A stretch of DNA of 64,000 nt from NCBI GenBank assembly GCA_965218095.1, contig OZ244587.1, positions 2,176,001 through 2,240,000 on the forward strand, given 5' to 3'. The notes beneath the pieces are model-generated. The model did no database searches and was not told the origin of the DNA. It saw nothing but the letters and a program-made list of their open reading frames with translations. Both the position numbers and the translations under genes were made by a program. The stretch comes from Candidatus Poribacteria bacterium (GTDB lineage Bacteria > Poribacteria > WGA-4E > PCPOR2b). Shown piece after piece: positions 61,122 through 64,000 of the stretch. How positions within the stretch are numbered: position 1 is the stretch's first letter; every line of letters begins with the position of its first letter.

Positions 61122-62153
61122 TCACTTACTCGCCCGATACTCATCTAACAGGGTATTGACCTGGTCTAGCAATTCCTGAGAGTAGATTTGCCCTGCAAGT
61201 TCACCTTGCACCTGTACAGCGAATTTATCCCACTCCGCCCGATCTATGTTGTTGACAGAAACGATCTGAATTCCGTATTTCTTCAATGCCGTGACCGACT
61301 TATTATTATCCTCACGAATGCGATGGATGAGTTCCTTATGGTATTTGTGTGCGGTTTCGTTGAGGATTTGCTGGGATTTAGGAGACAGCTTATCGAATTT
61401 CTCTTTCGTAATAATCGTCGCGCCGACACCGATTCCCAACGGTATGTCCGTCATATATTTCAGCCTGGGATGCCACTGCAAAGCGATACACGCAAGCGGA
61501 GAGGCAATTAAGGTATTGATCTGTCCTGAATATAGCGATGGAAGTACCTGCGGCACGGACAGCGGTATCCCAATGCTTCCCATGGTTTTGGAAAAGTACA
61601 TTCTGACCGGATCATCAACACGCACCCACATCTTGACGTTTGGATTGCGGACATCCGCAATGGACTGAATTCGCCGATTGCTAAACAGATAGTAGTAACC
61701 GATGTCTCCCCAACCTAGCAGAATATATCCCGCGCTCTCAAACGCTTTATCGAGCTGTTCTCTCAGTCGGTCACGCACATGGTCAAGCTCGTCGTAGTTC
61801 TGAAAAAGCAGCGGGGTTTGAAAAATCAATACTGGTTTTTGAATCTCTCCCAAACCGACGCTTGTCATGGCCCCGGCGTGGAGCAGTCCTGCCCGCATCT
61901 TGCGAACCACATCGATCTCATCCCCTTGCACGCCATCTGGAAAAAATCGGATTTTGAGTTCGCCTCCGCTTTTCTTCTTGATCTCCCGTCCCATTTTGTA
62001 AAAGATCTTCATCCACGATGACGTTTTCGGTGCAAGCGTCGCCAGTTTAATCGATTCGCCAAACGTGGACGTTACGAAAATGATAGCAAAAAATGTCACA
62101 ATAAGGTAAAGTTTAATCACGCGAATCATGTTGTTCATCCTTGTTCTTGACAT
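61122..62153 (-). CDS. dctP: TRAP transporter substrate-binding protein DctP
   Basis: Signal peptide, IKLATLAP..S.W, GVQGDE..VVRKMRAG.L. Confidence 0.85.
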   Translation of the reverse strand: MSRTRMNNMIRVIKLYLIVTFFAIIFVTSTFGESIKLATLAPKTSSWMKIFYKMGREIKKKSGGELKIRFFPDGVQGDEIDVVRKMRAGLLHAGAMTSVGLGEIQKPVLIFQTPLLFQNYDELDHVRDRLREQLDKAFESAGYILLGWGDIGYYYLFSNRRIQSIADVRNPNVKMWVRVDDPVRMYFSKTMGSIGIPLSVPQVLPSLYSGQINTLIASPLACIALQWHPRLKYMTDIPLGIGVGATIITKEKFDKLSPKSQQILNETAHKYHKELIHRIREDNNKSVTALKKYGIQIVSVNNIDRAEWDKFAVQVQGELAGQIYSQELLDQVNTLLDEYRASK

Positions 62154-62224
62154 TGACTAAGGGTATTGAGTTCACCGAGATGATAACTATACTCCCAACG
62201 GTCATAACTTATACCAATTCGATA

Positions 62225-62256
62225 ACCTTGCGAAGGTTTGAAACCTTCGCAGGGTT
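62225..62256. repeat. REP-like palindrome AACCTTGCGAAGGTTTGAAACCTTCGCAGGGTT
   Basis: Near-perfect inverted repeat; related AAACCTTCCGAAGGTT at about 52329. Confidence 0.6.
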
Positions 62257-62468
62257 GAATACCTAATCCTGAGTACATTATAGTCGAGTGGCGCAGCAGT
62301 GTCAAGCGTAGATTTTGAGAAACCAAGACTGGGTTTTAGAACAAGGTAAAATCGTTGCGTCGAGTGCTGTTCTTAATCCTGAACCGTCAAATTCCGTCTT
62401 AGTTTGAAAATGGGACCGCAGAATGCGCTTCAAGCACCATACCATGCAAGGGATACGGGAAAAAATCA

Positions 62469-63704
62469 ATACAAATCATACAGAACTTTCTCATTGGGTT
62501 GGCCACCCTGAGACGGAATAAACTAAGGTCTCTACTAACAATGCTCGGCATCATCATCGGCATTTCTGCAGTTGTCGGCATGGTCTCCGTTGTCGGTGGG
62601 GCAAAATCTTTAGTGTTGGCTGAATTTGAACGGATGGGTGGGTCAAACTTAATTGTTTGTTTCCGTCCACGCTGGATCAAAGGAGATGATGGCGCCTGGA
62701 CTCAGAATAAGGCGCCTGTGTATCTCAAATATGAGGATATCGATGCCATTTTGACCACTTGCCCTTCGGTGAAAAGCATCACGGCGGACATCGACACGCT
62801 GGCGCGACCCATATCATACAGAGGAGAAACGAAACACTTTCGCTTTGAGGGCGTTACGCCACTTTACCCGGAGGTACACAACTAGTATGTCCAGTCTGGG
62901 CACTTTCTGCAGCAGGAGGACCTGGATCGGAACGAGTCAGTATGTGTGATTGGATGGCAGGTGCAGAAAGATCTGTTTGGCAAAACGCATCCAGTCGGTC
63001 AAGAATTGAAGATTGGCATGCAGCGATTTACCGTCATCGGGGTGATGGAGGAAAAGGGAAACAAAATGGCGACGGAGGGTTGGGATGAGAAGTTGATTAT
63101 TCCGTTTACGACGATGTGGACACGTTTCATCGGTAATCGGAAATGGGGTTTTGAATTGTGGATGCAAGCGGAGAGTTTTGAAGATGTTGATCAGGTGCTG
63201 GCAGAAGTTAAAATTGCCTTGCGTCGCCGGCACGGTTCTGAAGAGTATTTTCGATTTTACACGGCGAAGGAGGTCTTAGAGCAGGTTGGAAAAGTCAGCC
63301 GGGTTCTCAAGATTCTGCTCGGCGGGGTTGCGAGTATCTCACTATTTGTCGGCGGCATTGGCATCATGCTGGTTTCCGTTACGGAACGCACGAGAGAAAT
63401 CGGGCTGCGCAAAGCAGTCGGTGCGCGACGGCGCGATATTTTGCAGCAGTTCCTCGTCGAGTCGGTCGTTCTTAGCGTCTCTGGAGGACTGATTGGTATT
63501 CTCATCAGTGGCGGCATTACTTTTGGAACAGCATGGGTGGTAACAACATTCCTCATCAAAGAGACAGAATGGCCTGCGGTTGTATCATTATGGGCGGCGC
63601 TTGCGGCTTTCGGTTCTTCCGCCTTTATCGGTATCGTGTTTGGCATCCTTCCTGCGTATAAGGCGGTGCGGCTGACGCCAACGGAGGCTTTGCGGCATGA
63701 ATAG
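62469..63704 (+). pseudogene. MacB/FtsX-family ABC transporter permease, disrupted
   Basis: NKLRSLLTMLGIIIG, VSVTERTREIGLRKAVGA; in-frame TAG at 62883-62885, apparent ATA in place of the start, and GIGIMLVSV missing the usual NIM. Confidence 0.85.
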
Positions 63705-63823
63705 TGGGGCCTTCCAGTCGGATTGACTTTGAGGTCATCAGTTAGTGAAAACTGGTATGTTGAGTGAAAAGTGGCAACTCAGGTTAAAAATAAAACCGTC
63801 CGACGACTTATTTCGGCTTCCTG

Positions 63824-63851
63824 TTGACACAGATTTGAAAATGAGTATAAT
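63824..63851 (+). promoter_or_regulatory. Consensus sigma70 promoter
   Basis: TTGACA-16nt-TATAAT. Confidence 0.65.
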
Positions 63852-63944
63852 ATGTGGAATTCATTACGCCGGAATTGGTAAGGCAGCGTATATATGACTC
63901 ATGTGACTCAATAGAATGCGAAAGATATTACAGGAGGGATCGAT

Positions 63945-64000
63945 GTGATCAAATTATACGGAACGGAATACAATCGGCTGCAACTGCTTCGTCATGTCGG
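63945..64000 (+). CDS. Start of a CDS, possibly DUF4432/aldose epimerase-like (partial)
   Basis: RBS CAGGAGG then GTG: MIKLYGTEYNRLQLLRHV. Confidence 0.5.
   Translation, partial: MIKLYGTEYNRLQLLRHV

Noticed and set aside
37279-62885. Stop-codon recoding suggested by in-frame TAG/TGA in several genes
   Set aside because: TAG and TGA terminate intact genes normally (ubact, rplS, era), and the affected genes carry other lesions too

Overview
A 64-kb chromosomal window from a diderm bacterium. An LptD, a UBact-type proteasome operon, a double-length UvrA and a Firmicutes-like ylxM-ffh-rpsP-khpA-ylqD order suggest Candidatus Poribacteria or a similar lineage; this is inference. Core blocks are: Rieske/cytochrome b; accD; a cluster of FN3 lipoprotein, DUF5683-like, DUF3108, mfd, surA-like and lptD genes behind a sigma54-consensus promoter, where LptD carries about three inserted parvulin domains; tandem-fused uvrA; a triple DUF5069 protein; arc-dop-ubact-prcB-prcA-pafA followed by a broken tricorn protease; era; a divergent DnaA paralogue; and the ffh-rpsP-trmD-rplS-rnhB-yraN cluster without rimM. 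These are interspersed with many pseudogenes, IS5/IS630/IS982 remnants and several MITEs. The most unusual signal is a family of ultra-short (14-22 nt) CCCGAT..ATCGGG palindromic insertions. They show apparent target duplications, two filled/empty site pairs inside the window, and two identical in-frame copies within uvrA. No rRNA, tRNA or CRISPR array was recognised. All calls come from reading motifs by eye; no searches were run.
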